Shown: positions 50,416 through 61,009, counted from the stretch's first letter. The stretch: 64,000 nt of DNA from an uncultured Gammaproteobacteria bacterium (GCA_964503265.1 CAZCYO010000001.1:226064-290063), one strand, 5' to 3'. Notes: generated by a model from the sequence alone, not told the origin. Translations and numbers: made by a program.

Positions 50416-52413
50416 TTATTTATTCTCTAGCTCCTTAATCTTATCCCTTATTTGTAATGCACTTTCGAAATCTAAATGCTCTGCGGCTAATTTCATTTCT
50501 TTTCGCAATCGACTAATAACATCTTTTCGCTCATCTGGAAGAAGTACCTCTTTTGTTCCGAGTTCTACCATAAAATCGATTGATCGCTGTTCACCTTTTT
50601 GTTCTTTTTCCTCGACGAGCCGTGCACGAATCGATTTTTCAATTCCAACCGGGGTAATGCCATGTTTCTTATTGTAGGCTGTCTGAACTTCTCGTCGGCG
50701 TTCGACTTCATCTATCGCGTATTTCATCGAGTCAGTGATTCGGTCTGCATACATGATGACCTGTGAGTCGACGTGCCTGGCTGCGCGTCCCATGGTTTGG
50801 ATAAGAGACGTACGAGAACGTAAAAATCCTTCTTTATCTGCATCGAGAATCACGACGAGGGATACTTCTGGAAGATCGAGTCCTTCACGAAGAAGATTGA
50901 TTCCGACTAATACATCATAATCACCCACGCGAAGCTTATCGAGGACATCTTGGCGTTCAAGTGTAATAATATCTGAGTGAAGATATGCGACTTTTACTTT
51001 TTTATCGTCGAGATAGCTGGTCAGTTCTTCAGCCATACGCTTGGTGAGAGTTGTAACGAGTACACGTTCTTTTTTAACTACTCGTTTTTCAATTTCGAGC
51101 AAGAGATCTGGAATTTGTCCTGCTGATGGTTTGATCGTAATGACTGGATCGACGAGTCCTGTTGGACGGATAAGCTGTTCGGCGACATTTTCTGGACCAC
51201 TCAGGGACACTTCAAATTCATTTGGGGTTGCTGATACGAATACTTTGCGGTTTACCTTTCTCATAAATTCATCAAAGCGAAGTGGGCGATTATCTAGTGC
51301 TGAGGGAAGTCTGAATCCATAATCGATGAGTGTCCGTTTTCGAGCTTGGTCTCCGTTATACATTCCTCTGATTTGAGGAAGTGTTATATGAGATTCGTCG
51401 ATGATAAGTAGCCAATCATTTTTTGCAGCTGCTTTAAAGTATTCAAGAAGTGTATATGGTGGATCGCCAGGCTTACGGTCTTCGAAGTAAAATGAATAAT
51501 TTTCAATTCCGTTTACATATCCAACTTCTTGCATCATTTCAAGGTCAAATTGTGTTCGTTGGGCAAGGCGCTGAGCTTCAAGAAGTTTGTTCTCGCTTCG
51601 AAGCTCTGCCACACGTTTGTCGAGATCAGCTTTAATTCGAGCGAACGCATCATTACGTGTCGAGGGGTCTGTCATGTAATGTTTCGCTGGGTAAATCACA
51701 GTTTTCGGAAGAGCTTTCGTGATTTCACCAGATACAGGATTAAATTCAGACATTTTGGTAATAAATCCTTCATTTGTTTCAATACGGATCCCTATATCCA
51801 TGTAGGCTGGGAAGAGGTCAATAACGCCTCCACGAATGCGAAATGATCCTCGTTTAAATTCATAGTCATTTCGTAGATACTGAAGATCAGTGAGGCGAAC
51901 GAGGATATCTCGCATCTCGACTTTAAGCCCTTCCATCAGTTCGAGGACGAACTTTCCATATTCAAGAGGTGAACCTAAGTTATAAATACATGACACTGAT
52001 GCGACGACGATAGCGTCTTTACGTGTTAAGAGGTTAGTAGTGGCCGAGAGACGAAGTTTGTCTATCTCATCGTTAATTTCAGCTTCTTTCTCTATATATG
52101 TATCGGTAGTAGGCATGTATGCTTCTGGCTGATAGTAATCATAGTAAGAAACGAAGTAAGAGACAGCATTTTCAGGGAAGAAATCTCTGAACTCCTGGTA
52201 GAGTTGCCCTGCAAGTGTTTTATTATGCGAGATGATAAGAGTAGGTTTTTGAATTTGCTGGATGACATTTGCCATGGTAAACGTTTTACCACTTCCTGTA
52301 ACACCGAGAAGCACTTGGTTTTGTTCATCTTTTTTAAGTCCTGAGACGAGTTTCGCAATAGCATCAGGCTGATCACCCATAGGTTTGAAATCTGATTTAA
52401 GTTTAAAATCCAT
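50416..52413 (-). CDS. uvrB: Excinuclease ABC subunit B.
   Basis: LLGVTGSGKTFT Walker A, helicase motifs, C-terminal UVR domain. 665 aa. Confidence 0.95.
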   Translation of the reverse strand: MDFKLKSDFKPMGDQPDAIAKLVSGLKKDEQNQVLLGVTGSGKTFTMANVIQQIQKPTLIISHNKTLAGQLYQEFRDFFPENAVSYFVSYYDYYQPEAYMPTTDTYIEKEAEINDEIDKLRLSATTNLLTRKDAIVVASVSCIYNLGSPLEYGKFVLELMEGLKVEMRDILVRLTDLQYLRNDYEFKRGSFRIRGGVIDLFPAYMDIGIRIETNEGFITKMSEFNPVSGEITKALPKTVIYPAKHYMTDPSTRNDAFARIKADLDKRVAELRSENKLLEAQRLAQRTQFDLEMMQEVGYVNGIENYSFYFEDRKPGDPPYTLLEYFKAAAKNDWLLIIDESHITLPQIRGMYNGDQARKRTLIDYGFRLPSALDNRPLRFDEFMRKVNRKVFVSATPNEFEVSLSGPENVAEQLIRPTGLVDPVITIKPSAGQIPDLLLEIEKRVVKKERVLVTTLTKRMAEELTSYLDDKKVKVAYLHSDIITLERQDVLDKLRVGDYDVLVGINLLREGLDLPEVSLVVILDADKEGFLRSRTSLIQTMGRAARHVDSQVIMYADRITDSMKYAIDEVERRREVQTAYNKKHGITPVGIEKSIRARLVEEKEQKGEQRSIDFMVELGTKEVLLPDERKDVISRLRKEMKLAAEHLDFESALQIRDKIKELENK

Positions 52414-52493
52414 GCACCTATTCTATCACATGAGAGAGAAGAGTGCTTAAGTCCTATAAAAATATTGATATGCTTTGTCTATGTTTGTCCGAT

Positions 52494-52526
52494 TGTCTAA
52501 ATTATACGAAATTCGTATAATTTTCA
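52494..52526 (+). promoter_or_regulatory. lexA promoter (TTGTCT-17-TATAAT) overlapped by a perfect 9-1-9 palindrome TTATACGAA-a-TTCGTATAA (candidate SOS/LexA box).
   Basis: Palindrome at 52502..52520 spans the spacer and -10 hexamer. It lies between the divergent uvrB and lexA genes. Confidence 0.55.
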
Positions 52527-52563
52527 TATCATTAGTTTATTTTTATAACTGCTGATAATCATT

Positions 52564-53193
52564 ATGCCAGGCGTATTATATAAAAAAGAACGAGAACTCC
52601 TAGAATTTCTCGCACAATTCCAAAAACAGTATGGGTACTCACCAACTCTCGTCGAAATGGCGAAAGGAACAGGACATAAGAGTGTCTCAACGATCCACAC
52701 GATTATCCGAAATTTAGTTGAAAAAGGATATATCCAGAAAGTAGATGGAAACGCACGTGTACTTCGCATCATCGAAGATAACATTTCACCTAATATGTAT
52801 AAAGTCTCGCCATCTATCGAACTTCCTCTTATGGGTTTTATCGCAGCAGGCAAGCCACTTGAACCACACACAGATCCAAATGCGACATTCCCAGTTTCAG
52901 CGAGTCTGATCTCAGGTGGAAAAACAGCATATGTGCTTCAGGTAAAGGGAACATCGATGATAGATGATGGTATTATGGATGGTGATTATGTCGTAATCGA
53001 AAAAGTATCAGAAGCACGTAATGGTGAGATCGTGGTCGCACTCGTTGATGATAACCTCGCGACATTAAAACGATTTTATATGGAAGATGGAAGAGTAGTA
53101 CTTAAGCCAGCTAATGCAACCATGGAACCGATCTATCCTAAAAGCATCCGCATCCAAGGAAGAGCAGTCTCTCTCGTTCGTAAATTCCTCTAA
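52564..53193 (+). CDS. lexA: LexA repressor (S24 peptidase).
   Basis: N-terminal wHTH. C-terminal S24 domain GTSMIDDGIMDGDYVV with the Ser...Lys catalytic pair in context. Confidence 0.9.
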   Translation: MPGVLYKKERELLEFLAQFQKQYGYSPTLVEMAKGTGHKSVSTIHTIIRNLVEKGYIQKVDGNARVLRIIEDNISPNMYKVSPSIELPLMGFIAAGKPLEPHTDPNATFPVSASLISGGKTAYVLQVKGTSMIDDGIMDGDYVVIEKVSEARNGEIVVALVDDNLATLKRFYMEDGRVVLKPANATMEPIYPKSIRIQGRAVSLVRKFL

Positions 53194-53459
53194 TTAGCTT
53201 ATTGTCATTGCGAGAAGCCAAGCGACGAAGCAATCTCTTCTCCTGTTATTCTGGAAAGCACCGACTTTTCCAGAATCCTATATCAAAATTAACCCCATAG
53301 TTCTATTTTTCCTTATCTTTTGTTATAATTCAGGCGTACATTTACATTGTGAGATATCACACATGGTCGGCTTTTTGTTCATTCACGAAGTGAATAAGAA
53401 GCTTGCCATGTGGCAGCCAAGTTGTACTACAATTTGCATTACTACGGTTGGAGAAAAAG

Positions 53460-53762
53460 ATGGAAAACATGTTCGGAGGAAAAGTTGTCTATCGACCGGA
53501 GTTCATGCCCGAAGATGGGAAGTACATGCTGATCCTCTTTACGGTAGAAGAAATCAATGTGCCTGCTCATGGTGAAACTGCCGAAAAGCAGTTGGTCGTA
53601 CCTACTCATCAGATTGAAGCCTATGTCGATCTCGAGAGCATTTCTCAACGTGTCGAAGGTCTGATGAAACGTGAGCCAGGTCGAACTGACTTCATTATCC
53701 TGCATGCCGACCAGCTCCAGGTCGTGACGAATTATACCCTCACGGGCTGTAGTAGGACATAA
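53460..53762 (+). CDS. Hypothetical small protein (GC-rich islet 3, ORF 1).
   Basis: GGAG 7 nt upstream of ATG. 100 aa. GC-rich codons. Confidence 0.45.
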   Translation: MENMFGGKVVYRPEFMPEDGKYMLILFTVEEINVPAHGETAEKQLVVPTHQIEAYVDLESISQRVEGLMKREPGRTDFIILHADQLQVVTNYTLTGCSRT

Positions 53763-53818
53763 TCACTGCATACAGTCAATTCTTGCACCATATAGGTGCT
53801 GAACTTAGGGGGGTCTCT

Positions 53819-54037
53819 ATGGACGAGAAGGATGTCCTGCGGATCAAGAATCGGCACTCTCGGCAGTTGAGGCAGAGGCCGAAAGTTAACGGTGTTGGCA
53901 CGTGTGTGATTAACGGAGTGCACTGTGTGCACGTCTGGCTGACAAGTGAAGCTGAACCGTCTGACAACCTGCCGGCGACCCTTGAGGGTGTTCCGGTGGT
54001 CTACGAAGTTCTCGGCGAGATCATTCCTCGGAACTAG
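53819..54037 (+). CDS. Hypothetical small protein (GC-rich islet 3, ORF 2).
   Basis: AGGGGGG upstream of ATG. 72 aa. GC-rich codons. Confidence 0.45.
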   Translation: MDEKDVLRIKNRHSRQLRQRPKVNGVGTCVINGVHCVHVWLTSEAEPSDNLPATLEGVPVVYEVLGEIIPRN

Positions 54038-54220
54038 AAGCTGTATGATTTTCTCATTCACCAATCACAGTAACTATACATAAGCACCAGAAGGGTGCGG
54101 AAGTAAAAGGAGGATTTGGCCTGTCACTCGCTGATAGGACGCAAAAACCCTTGGTCTTCCGACCACACCCCAAGGTGCTTTTTGCGTTTTATACAGCTGT
54201 TTTGTGCTAAAATACGCACA

Positions 54221-54943
54221 ATGGGAATTTTATTTGTGGTGGGGACACCGATTGGGAACTTACAAGACATTACGATTCGTGCGATTCATACACTTTTTCA
54301 TGTAGATACGATTGCATGTGAAGATACGAGACGTACTGGGAGTCTTCTGCAGTCCCTCATGCCTGTGTATGAAACGCTCATGCATGTGGAAGATAGAGCA
54401 CTTAAACGTCCGAAACTCCTTTCATATTTCGAACAGAACGAGCTTCGGCGTATTCCAGAGATCCTATCCCTACTTCATAATGATGAACATGTCGCACTCG
54501 TATCAGATGCAGGCATGCCAGCGATTTCAGACCCGGGATATAAACTCATTCGCGAATGTATTAGAGCCGGGGTAAAGATAGAGGTAATTCCTGGGCCTTC
54601 AAGTACGCTTATGGCCTTGGTTGGATCAGGGATGCCGACTGATAAATGGACATTTGTCGGTTATCCTCCACATAAATCAGGACATCGAAAATCACTGTTT
54701 GAAAGTGTTAAAAAAGCAAATGAATTTATTAAATCCACGATTATAATGTTTGAAGCGCCTCATAAAATTATTAAAACACTTGAAGAGATGCAGATGGTAT
54801 TTGGAGATATCGAAGTAGTACTTGCGAGGGAGCTGACGAAAATCCATGAAGAATCACGACATTTCAGAATCTCAGAAGCTCTCATTCATTTCTCCAAAAC
54901 CAACCCTAAAGGAGAATACGTGGTAGTATTTTCATTGAGTTAA
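54221..54943 (+). CDS. rsmI: 16S rRNA 2'-O-ribose C1402 methyltransferase RsmI (tetrapyrrole methylase fold).
   Basis: ILFVVGTPIGNLQDIT..A...L...D.IACEDTRRT. Confidence 0.85.
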   Translation: MGILFVVGTPIGNLQDITIRAIHTLFHVDTIACEDTRRTGSLLQSLMPVYETLMHVEDRALKRPKLLSYFEQNELRRIPEILSLLHNDEHVALVSDAGMPAISDPGYKLIRECIRAGVKIEVIPGPSSTLMALVGSGMPTDKWTFVGYPPHKSGHRKSLFESVKKANEFIKSTIIMFEAPHKIIKTLEEMQMVFGDIEVVLARELTKIHEESRHFRISEALIHFSKTNPKGEYVVVFSLS

Positions 54944-56274
54944 ATCAAGAAAAGACCCAATACACTTGTGACGATAATACACATGACACTCAGTCCAAAT
55001 TTTACTGTAAATTCTTTGGTTCCTAGAAAGTAACTATATGCTGTTTTACCGATTAGATTTACTGCATTAGCTAGAATAAAGGCGATAGCGGCTAGTTGGT
55101 ATGAAACGGTAGTTCCTGAAAGTTGGGCGGTGTTAATCATGACTGCATCTAGCCCTGCGAGCGCTCCAATTCCAGTGGTTACTAAAAAACCACTGCTGCC
55201 AAAATACTTCAATGCTACTTTCGAAAGAATGCTTATCACAAGAAATATTCCTGCAAACTTTATTGCAGGTGACAAGGCAAAAATCTCAGTCTCTTTTTCA
55301 TGTGACTTGTCTGGCTTGAGTTTCTTTTTACTTGATTGCATGGTGAAAAATATTGTGACGGCCAGACTGCTCACGATCATTAATCCAAGAATCGGGAGGA
55401 GTCTGATTACAAAAGTGATATTAAGCGGGGAAAGAAGAATCGCAATCTGAAAAAAGCTGACCAAATTCGCGATCAGTGCAGCTGAAAGGAGATGATTTAC
55501 ATCTTTTGACGTCTTACTTTGCAGTGCAAGAGACTGAGTGGTCGCAGTACTTGAGATAAAGCCTCCAGCGATACTTGCTAGTATCCATCCTTTTTGGCGT
55601 CCAAGTGTTCGCTCGAGAATGTATCCGATAAGGTCGACTCCGGTAATGAGTGCGACTATCAGCCACAATTTAAATGGGTTAACTATCTCAAGCTGAAAAA
55701 GACCGTTTACTGGCACCTGTGCGTTATTAAAGAAATTGGTTAGTCCGGGGATATCCTTTAGTGCATACGATGTATTTGGTAGAAAGGGAAGGATAACCAG
55801 GGCGATGATGGCATAACTAATAAAAGCGTTAAGTTCTGCGCGCTTTATACCTCCGATCACCTGTTTAATAGCTCTTTTTTGAGAGAGAGTGAGTGCCAGA
55901 ACTGCAGTCATAGCTATTGTTACTTGTACTGGAATAATCGTGGTTGCGATCAGTATGCCGATGATAAAACAGAAAAGCATGGCTAATTCAGTAGTAATTC
56001 CTGTATCTTTTGTTTGGTTTGTATCAAGGACATAAAACACGATAAGAAGAACGAGAAACGCTGCGCTAATGAGGATAGAGAATCCAATAAAATTGGTATA
56101 GAGTATCCCTGCAACTGCTCCTAACGTCGCGATAAGCGCGAAGCTGCGCAATCCCAGAACCGAAACAATCTTACCATTAATGATGTTTTTTTCATTAATT
56201 TCTCGTTCTATCCCGATCGCTGCACCAAGAATAAATGAAATAAGTAGAGTAAACGAAATAGTTATGCTATCCAT
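54940..56274 (-). CDS. MgtC/SapB-family membrane protein with extended C-terminal multi-TM domain (DUF4010-like).
   Basis: N-terminal GAAIGIEREINEK matches the MgtC G-x-E-R-E motif. About 12 TM helices overall. Confidence 0.6.
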   Translation of the reverse strand: MDSITISFTLLISFILGAAIGIEREINEKNIINGKIVSVLGLRSFALIATLGAVAGILYTNFIGFSILISAAFLVLLIVFYVLDTNQTKDTGITTELAMLFCFIIGILIATTIIPVQVTIAMTAVLALTLSQKRAIKQVIGGIKRAELNAFISYAIIALVILPFLPNTSYALKDIPGLTNFFNNAQVPVNGLFQLEIVNPFKLWLIVALITGVDLIGYILERTLGRQKGWILASIAGGFISSTATTQSLALQSKTSKDVNHLLSAALIANLVSFFQIAILLSPLNITFVIRLLPILGLMIVSSLAVTIFFTMQSSKKKLKPDKSHEKETEIFALSPAIKFAGIFLVISILSKVALKYFGSSGFLVTTGIGALAGLDAVMINTAQLSGTTVSYQLAAIAFILANAVNLIGKTAYSYFLGTKEFTVKFGLSVMCIIVTSVLGLFLI

Positions 56275-56348
56275 AGGCAGGTATTGTACTGCATCATGCG
56301 TAAAATGAAAAGCATTTTCATATGTATTTCATATGTTAAAATCAACAT

Positions 56349-56621
56349 ATGGAAGAAATCGAACAGGTAAAAAAAGAATTAGCCGAGATAAAAGCGCGAA
56401 ATAAGCGGGTTGAAATGCAAAAAGCGTGGGAAACATCAAATACTCGTCGATTATCTATTATTTGCTTAACATATATCGTGATGGTGGTACTGCTTTCTAT
56501 TATCGGTACACCAGTTCCCTTCATGAATGCAGTTGTTCCAACGCTAGGATTTTTCTTATCTACCGTTTCAATTAGTGTTATTAAAACATGGTGGATTAAA
56601 AAGAACAACTTAGGAGTCTAA
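56349..56621 (+). CDS. Hypothetical small membrane protein with an N-terminal coiled-coil.
   Basis: 90 aa. Charged helix followed by two hydrophobic helices. Confidence 0.4.
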   Translation: MEEIEQVKKELAEIKARNKRVEMQKAWETSNTRRLSIICLTYIVMVVLLSIIGTPVPFMNAVVPTLGFFLSTVSISVIKTWWIKKNNLGV

Positions 56622-57244
56622 ACAGTATTCTCTCTATGATGGCGGAGTTCTTTTGAGGTTACTTTTCCTGAAGAATCTAATTGATATAGATAAATTTCAC
56701 CAGTCGCGATTTCAAGCGAGGCTACTTCCTCATCGGGCATATTGTCTAAATACTTGACCAATGCTCTGAGTGCATTTCCACTTGAGGCAAGGATAACGTT
56801 TTTTCCGTCCTTTAGGTGGGGAAGAATTTCAGATTCAAAATATGGAATTTCACGTTCATATACTTGTTTTAGTGATTCACCGTTTGGAACAGGGTAATCC
56901 CATGCACGGCGTAATTTCAAAAAGTCTTCCTCACCAAGTGTTTCTTTCACTTCCCATTTATTTTTAGCAGTAAAATCACCATAATTTCGTTCATTAAGAG
57001 CTTTATTTTCAGTAGTAGGAATAGATGAGAGGTTGAGTGATTCTAGAATAATATGGAGTGTGTGTTTTGCACGAGTGAGAACGGAGGAATATGCTAGGTC
57101 AAATGAAATGTCTTTCAGTTCTGAACCTGCAACTTTTGCTTCTTCAATTCCTTTTTCGGTTAGTTCTGGATCATCCCAGCCAGCCCAAATACCTTTTTTA
57201 TTATATTCAGATTCACCATGTCGTACGAGTGCTAGGTAGGCCAT
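56618..57244 (-). CDS. gpmA: 2,3-bisphosphoglycerate-dependent phosphoglycerate mutase (histidine phosphatase superfamily).
   Basis: LALVRHGESEYN RHG motif. Adjacent to eno. Confidence 0.75.
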   Translation of the reverse strand: MAYLALVRHGESEYNKKGIWAGWDDPELTEKGIEEAKVAGSELKDISFDLAYSSVLTRAKHTLHIILESLNLSSIPTTENKALNERNYGDFTAKNKWEVKETLGEEDFLKLRRAWDYPVPNGESLKQVYEREIPYFESEILPHLKDGKNVILASSGNALRALVKYLDNMPDEEVASLEIATGEIYLYQLDSSGKVTSKELRHHRENTV

Positions 57245-57352
57245 AAAAATTGTCATTCCCGCGAAGGCGGGAATCTATTGAAAGTCTGGATCCCCGATCC
57301 CAACTTCGCCAAGGCTTCGCTGGGCGAGGCAGGTCGGGGATGACACAATGAT

Positions 57353-58612
57353 TTATTGTGTTTGTAATTGTCTGTCGATTTGTGAGAGTCTGTTGTATTT
57401 GGCGATGCGTTCACCACGGGCTGGGGCGCCGAATTTGACGTAGTCTGCTGTCACTCCGACAGCGAAATCAGCGATGAAATCGTCGTTCGTCTCGCCACTT
57501 CGATGTGAGGTAATGACTTTTATACCTGCTTCCCGAGCCATTTCAACGACTGCAATTGATTCAGATACAGATCCGATTTGGTTTGGTTTTATGATAATGC
57601 CAGAAATAGTTTTTTTCTCAAGTGCCATCTGTAGTCTAATGGGATTTGTGACTGTTAAATCATCACCAGTTAAAATAATGTCTTTATTAATACTCGTATA
57701 TGCTACCTGCCATCCCTCCCAGTCGTCTTCAGCTAGTGCGTCTTCAAGGTAAAGAATATGATATTTCTCGATGAGTTCTTTATAAAATTCTACCAACTCA
57801 GCTGCATTTAATGCGATATTTTTATCCTTTACTGAATATTTTTTATTTAGGTAGAAACTACTCCCAGCTGCATCAATGCCTGTAAAAACGTCATACCCTA
57901 GTCTATATGTTGCTGCTTCAATTGCTTGAGAAATAAGTGATAATGCATCTTCATTCGTTGAAAGTGTTGGGCCATATCCACCTTCATCTCCGACAAGTGT
58001 ACTAAAATTTCCTTTATGTAATACTTCATGAAGTTTTTTATAAATCGTAACACCCATTTCAAGGCCTTGCGTGTATGATTTGGAACTCGCTGGAGTCACG
58101 ATAAATTCTTGCATATTAATATTATCTCCAGCATGTTTTCCACCATTTATAATATTAAAAAGGGGAGTGGGGACTTTCATTTCAGTGTCTTCTCGTTTTG
58201 TTAATGAATGAATATATCGGTATAGTGGGACTCCAGCTGAGATAGCAGCAGCTTTAGCAGTACTCATTGAAACAGCCAAAATTGCGTTCGCACCAAGTTT
58301 GCTTTTATTTTCTGTACCATCTAGATCAATCATTGCTTTATCTACTTCAGATTGAACTCCAGCATCCATTCCAACTAATTGCTTGGCGATGATTTTTTCA
58401 ACATTCTCTACTACTTTTAGCATACCATTGCCTGAGTATCGTTTCGGATCCATATCTTTGAGTTCAAATGCTTCATAGGTACCAGTTGATGTGCCACTTG
58501 GAACATCAGAGACACCGATACTTCCGTCATCGAGTATCACGACAGCTTCAACAGTGGGATTACCTTTAGAATTGAGGATTTCGAATGCTTTAATTTCTGC
58601 AATTTTCGCCAT
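57353..58612 (-). CDS. eno: Enolase.
   Basis: Conserved N-terminus (ILNSKGNPTVEA), SHRSGETED-like active site (SHRSGETND), and the eno-typical IKPNQIGSVSE segment (IKxNQIGTxxE). 419 aa. Confidence 0.95.
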   Translation of the reverse strand: MAKIAEIKAFEILNSKGNPTVEAVVILDDGSIGVSDVPSGTSTGTYEAFELKDMDPKRYSGNGMLKVVENVEKIIAKQLVGMDAGVQSEVDKAMIDLDGTENKSKLGANAILAVSMSTAKAAAISAGVPLYRYIHSLTKREDTEMKVPTPLFNIINGGKHAGDNINMQEFIVTPASSKSYTQGLEMGVTIYKKLHEVLHKGNFSTLVGDEGGYGPTLSTNEDALSLISQAIEAATYRLGYDVFTGIDAAGSSFYLNKKYSVKDKNIALNAAELVEFYKELIEKYHILYLEDALAEDDWEGWQVAYTSINKDIILTGDDLTVTNPIRLQMALEKKTISGIIIKPNQIGSVSESIAVVEMAREAGIKVITSHRSGETNDDFIADFAVGVTADYVKFGAPARGERIAKYNRLSQIDRQLQTQ

Positions 58613-58675
58613 ATGTTTCTATAAGAATATATATACTGTAGCAAATAAAGATTGTATTTACAATGTATTCTGATG

Positions 58676-60943
58676 CTATTTAAGTATTTTCCGTTCAATT
58701 TTAGCAATGTGTTCTCGAACACGAGGAACGACATCTGATGAAACAGAAACACTCGTTACACCCCATTCTAATAATTTTTCAAGAAGTTCTGGATAAAGTG
58801 ATGCAGCCTGCCCACAGACTGAAGAAGTGATATGATTTTTACGCGCAGTCTTAATAGTGTGCTCAAGTGCCCAGAGCATCGCTGGGTTTTGTTCATCATA
58901 AGATCGTGCTACTTCGCTATTATCTCGATCAGTTCCAAGCATAAGCATTGTTAAATCATTTGTCCCCACAGAAACACCATCGATGCCTACTTTTATGAAC
59001 TCATCAAGAAGTACAACGTTTGCTGGGATTTCAACCATCATCCAGAGTCTAAAGAGAGGAGAACGTTGTAACCCTGCATCATTAATGATTTTTTTTACTT
59101 CAATTAATTCTCGAACAGTTCTCACGAATGGAACCATAAGCCAAAGATTTTTAAGATTTTTTTTCTGTCTTACAATTTTAATTGCTTCTAGCTCAAGTGC
59201 GAAAACCTCAGGATCATGAATATATCGAAATGCACCTCGATATCCAAGCATGGGATTTGCTTCGACTGGCTCATATTCGCGACCACCGACGAGTCCTCGA
59301 TATTCATTTGTTTTAAAATCAGATGCTCGATAAATAACAGGGCGAGGATTAAAAGCAGTACAGAATATTTCAATTTGTGATGCTAATTTTTCGATAAATT
59401 CTTGTTTCTTGCCATCTCTAATCATTTTCTTTGGATGAACACCAATTCCAGCCATCATAAATTCAGCTCTCAGTAGTCCAATCCCATCGACATTTTTAGC
59501 GGCCATACTACTTGCTAGTTCTGGCTCAGCAAGATTTATATATACTTTGGTAGCTGTTTTCGTATGAATATTTTCATCGTGTGGGGAGTTCTGATCGTTT
59601 GATAAAAAGGTCGCACCTTTATAGACTTCACCTTTGGATCCGTTGACTGTAACGACCATGCCATTTTTAAGTATCGACAATGCATGTTCTGTCCCGACGA
59701 CAGCTGGAGTTCCAAGTTCTCGTGACACAATGGCAGCATGGGATGTTCGTCCACCCTTTTCAGTGATTATGGCAGCTGCTTTTTTCATCGCAGGAACAAA
59801 GTCCGGGTTGGTCTGTGAAGCAACTAGAATATCTCCTGGCATGAGTGATTCCATATCTCGAATTGAATGAAGTATCTTAACCGGTCCTGAAGCAAGACCA
59901 GGGGAAGCAGGTGAGCCTTGAAGCAGTAGTTCTAATTTTGTTGATGGAGTATGCGTCTCAGCTACCTTTTTATTATGAAGTGTTGTAATCGCACGAGTCT
60001 GGACGACATAAATATGATTTTTTTCAATAGCCCATTCTATGTCTTGTGGAAAATAATAGTGCTTCTCAAGCTTACGACCAAGATCTGCCAGGCCTAATAT
60101 TTCCATTTCTGTTAGTTTTTGTGTTTTTCCTTCTCGAGCAGATAGTTTACTTTCTTTATTCTTTCCGTTAATTCTTTCTAATTTCACATCTTGTGTCGCA
60201 ACGCTCGTTTTTAAAATTGTATTTCTATCTTTTGCAACTTCATAGTGATCTGGTGTTACCTTGCCCCCGACGATGTATTCTCCGAGTCCATAAATCGCTT
60301 CAATAATAATCTTTGATTTATCCTGTAACACAGGATCAACTGTGAACATAATACCTGATTTCTCAGACTCGATCATTGCCTGCACGACAACTGCGATGCC
60401 AACTCTAAAGTGGTCAAATTTTTGTTCATGTCGATAAAAAATTGCCCGTGCGTCAAATAATGATGCCCAGGCATCTTTTATTTTTAGAATCAGGTTGGCT
60501 TCGCCTTTAACATTGAGATATGTTTCTTGTTGGCCAGCAAATGAGGCAGTAGGGAGGTCTTCAGCGGTAGCACTTGAGCGAACTGCAACAAGTGGATCTT
60601 CAAGCACGCCACCTAATGATTTGTAGAAATGAAAAATTTCTTGAATTAGTTCTTCTGAGAGATGTTCATGCGTAATGAGATTTTTTATATGACTTGAGAC
60701 TTGCATGAGAGATTCTGGATGATCGAAGTTAACTGTACGCAAGAGGTGATTTATTTTTGTGGTAAGATTATTTTCTTTAAGAAATTGGAAATACGCTTTG
60801 GACGAAACAATAAATCCTGGAGGGACAGGAAAACCAGCTTTCGTCATTTCACCTAAGTTAGCACCTTTGCCACCAACGAGTGAAATATCATCTTTAGTAA
60901 CTTCTTTAAACCAGTAGATCTGATTCGTTCGTTTCGTGGGCAT
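58676..60943 (-). CDS. ppsA: Phosphoenolpyruvate synthase / pyruvate,water dikinase family.
   Basis: N-terminal ATP-grasp (SLVGGKGANLGEM), central phospho-His domain (GGRTSHAAIVSRELGTPAVVG), C-terminal PEP-utilising TIM barrel. Confidence 0.85.
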   Translation of the reverse strand: MPTKRTNQIYWFKEVTKDDISLVGGKGANLGEMTKAGFPVPPGFIVSSKAYFQFLKENNLTTKINHLLRTVNFDHPESLMQVSSHIKNLITHEHLSEELIQEIFHFYKSLGGVLEDPLVAVRSSATAEDLPTASFAGQQETYLNVKGEANLILKIKDAWASLFDARAIFYRHEQKFDHFRVGIAVVVQAMIESEKSGIMFTVDPVLQDKSKIIIEAIYGLGEYIVGGKVTPDHYEVAKDRNTILKTSVATQDVKLERINGKNKESKLSAREGKTQKLTEMEILGLADLGRKLEKHYYFPQDIEWAIEKNHIYVVQTRAITTLHNKKVAETHTPSTKLELLLQGSPASPGLASGPVKILHSIRDMESLMPGDILVASQTNPDFVPAMKKAAAIITEKGGRTSHAAIVSRELGTPAVVGTEHALSILKNGMVVTVNGSKGEVYKGATFLSNDQNSPHDENIHTKTATKVYINLAEPELASSMAAKNVDGIGLLRAEFMMAGIGVHPKKMIRDGKKQEFIEKLASQIEIFCTAFNPRPVIYRASDFKTNEYRGLVGGREYEPVEANPMLGYRGAFRYIHDPEVFALELEAIKIVRQKKNLKNLWLMVPFVRTVRELIEVKKIINDAGLQRSPLFRLWMMVEIPANVVLLDEFIKVGIDGVSVGTNDLTMLMLGTDRDNSEVARSYDEQNPAMLWALEHTIKTARKNHITSSVCGQAASLYPELLEKLLEWGVTSVSVSSDVVPRVREHIAKIERKILK

Positions 60944-61009
60944 TACATCTATTATGTATTAAATGGATAGGATGTATCAAGAGTATTTTAGGGGTTTTTA
61001 AGAATGGTT

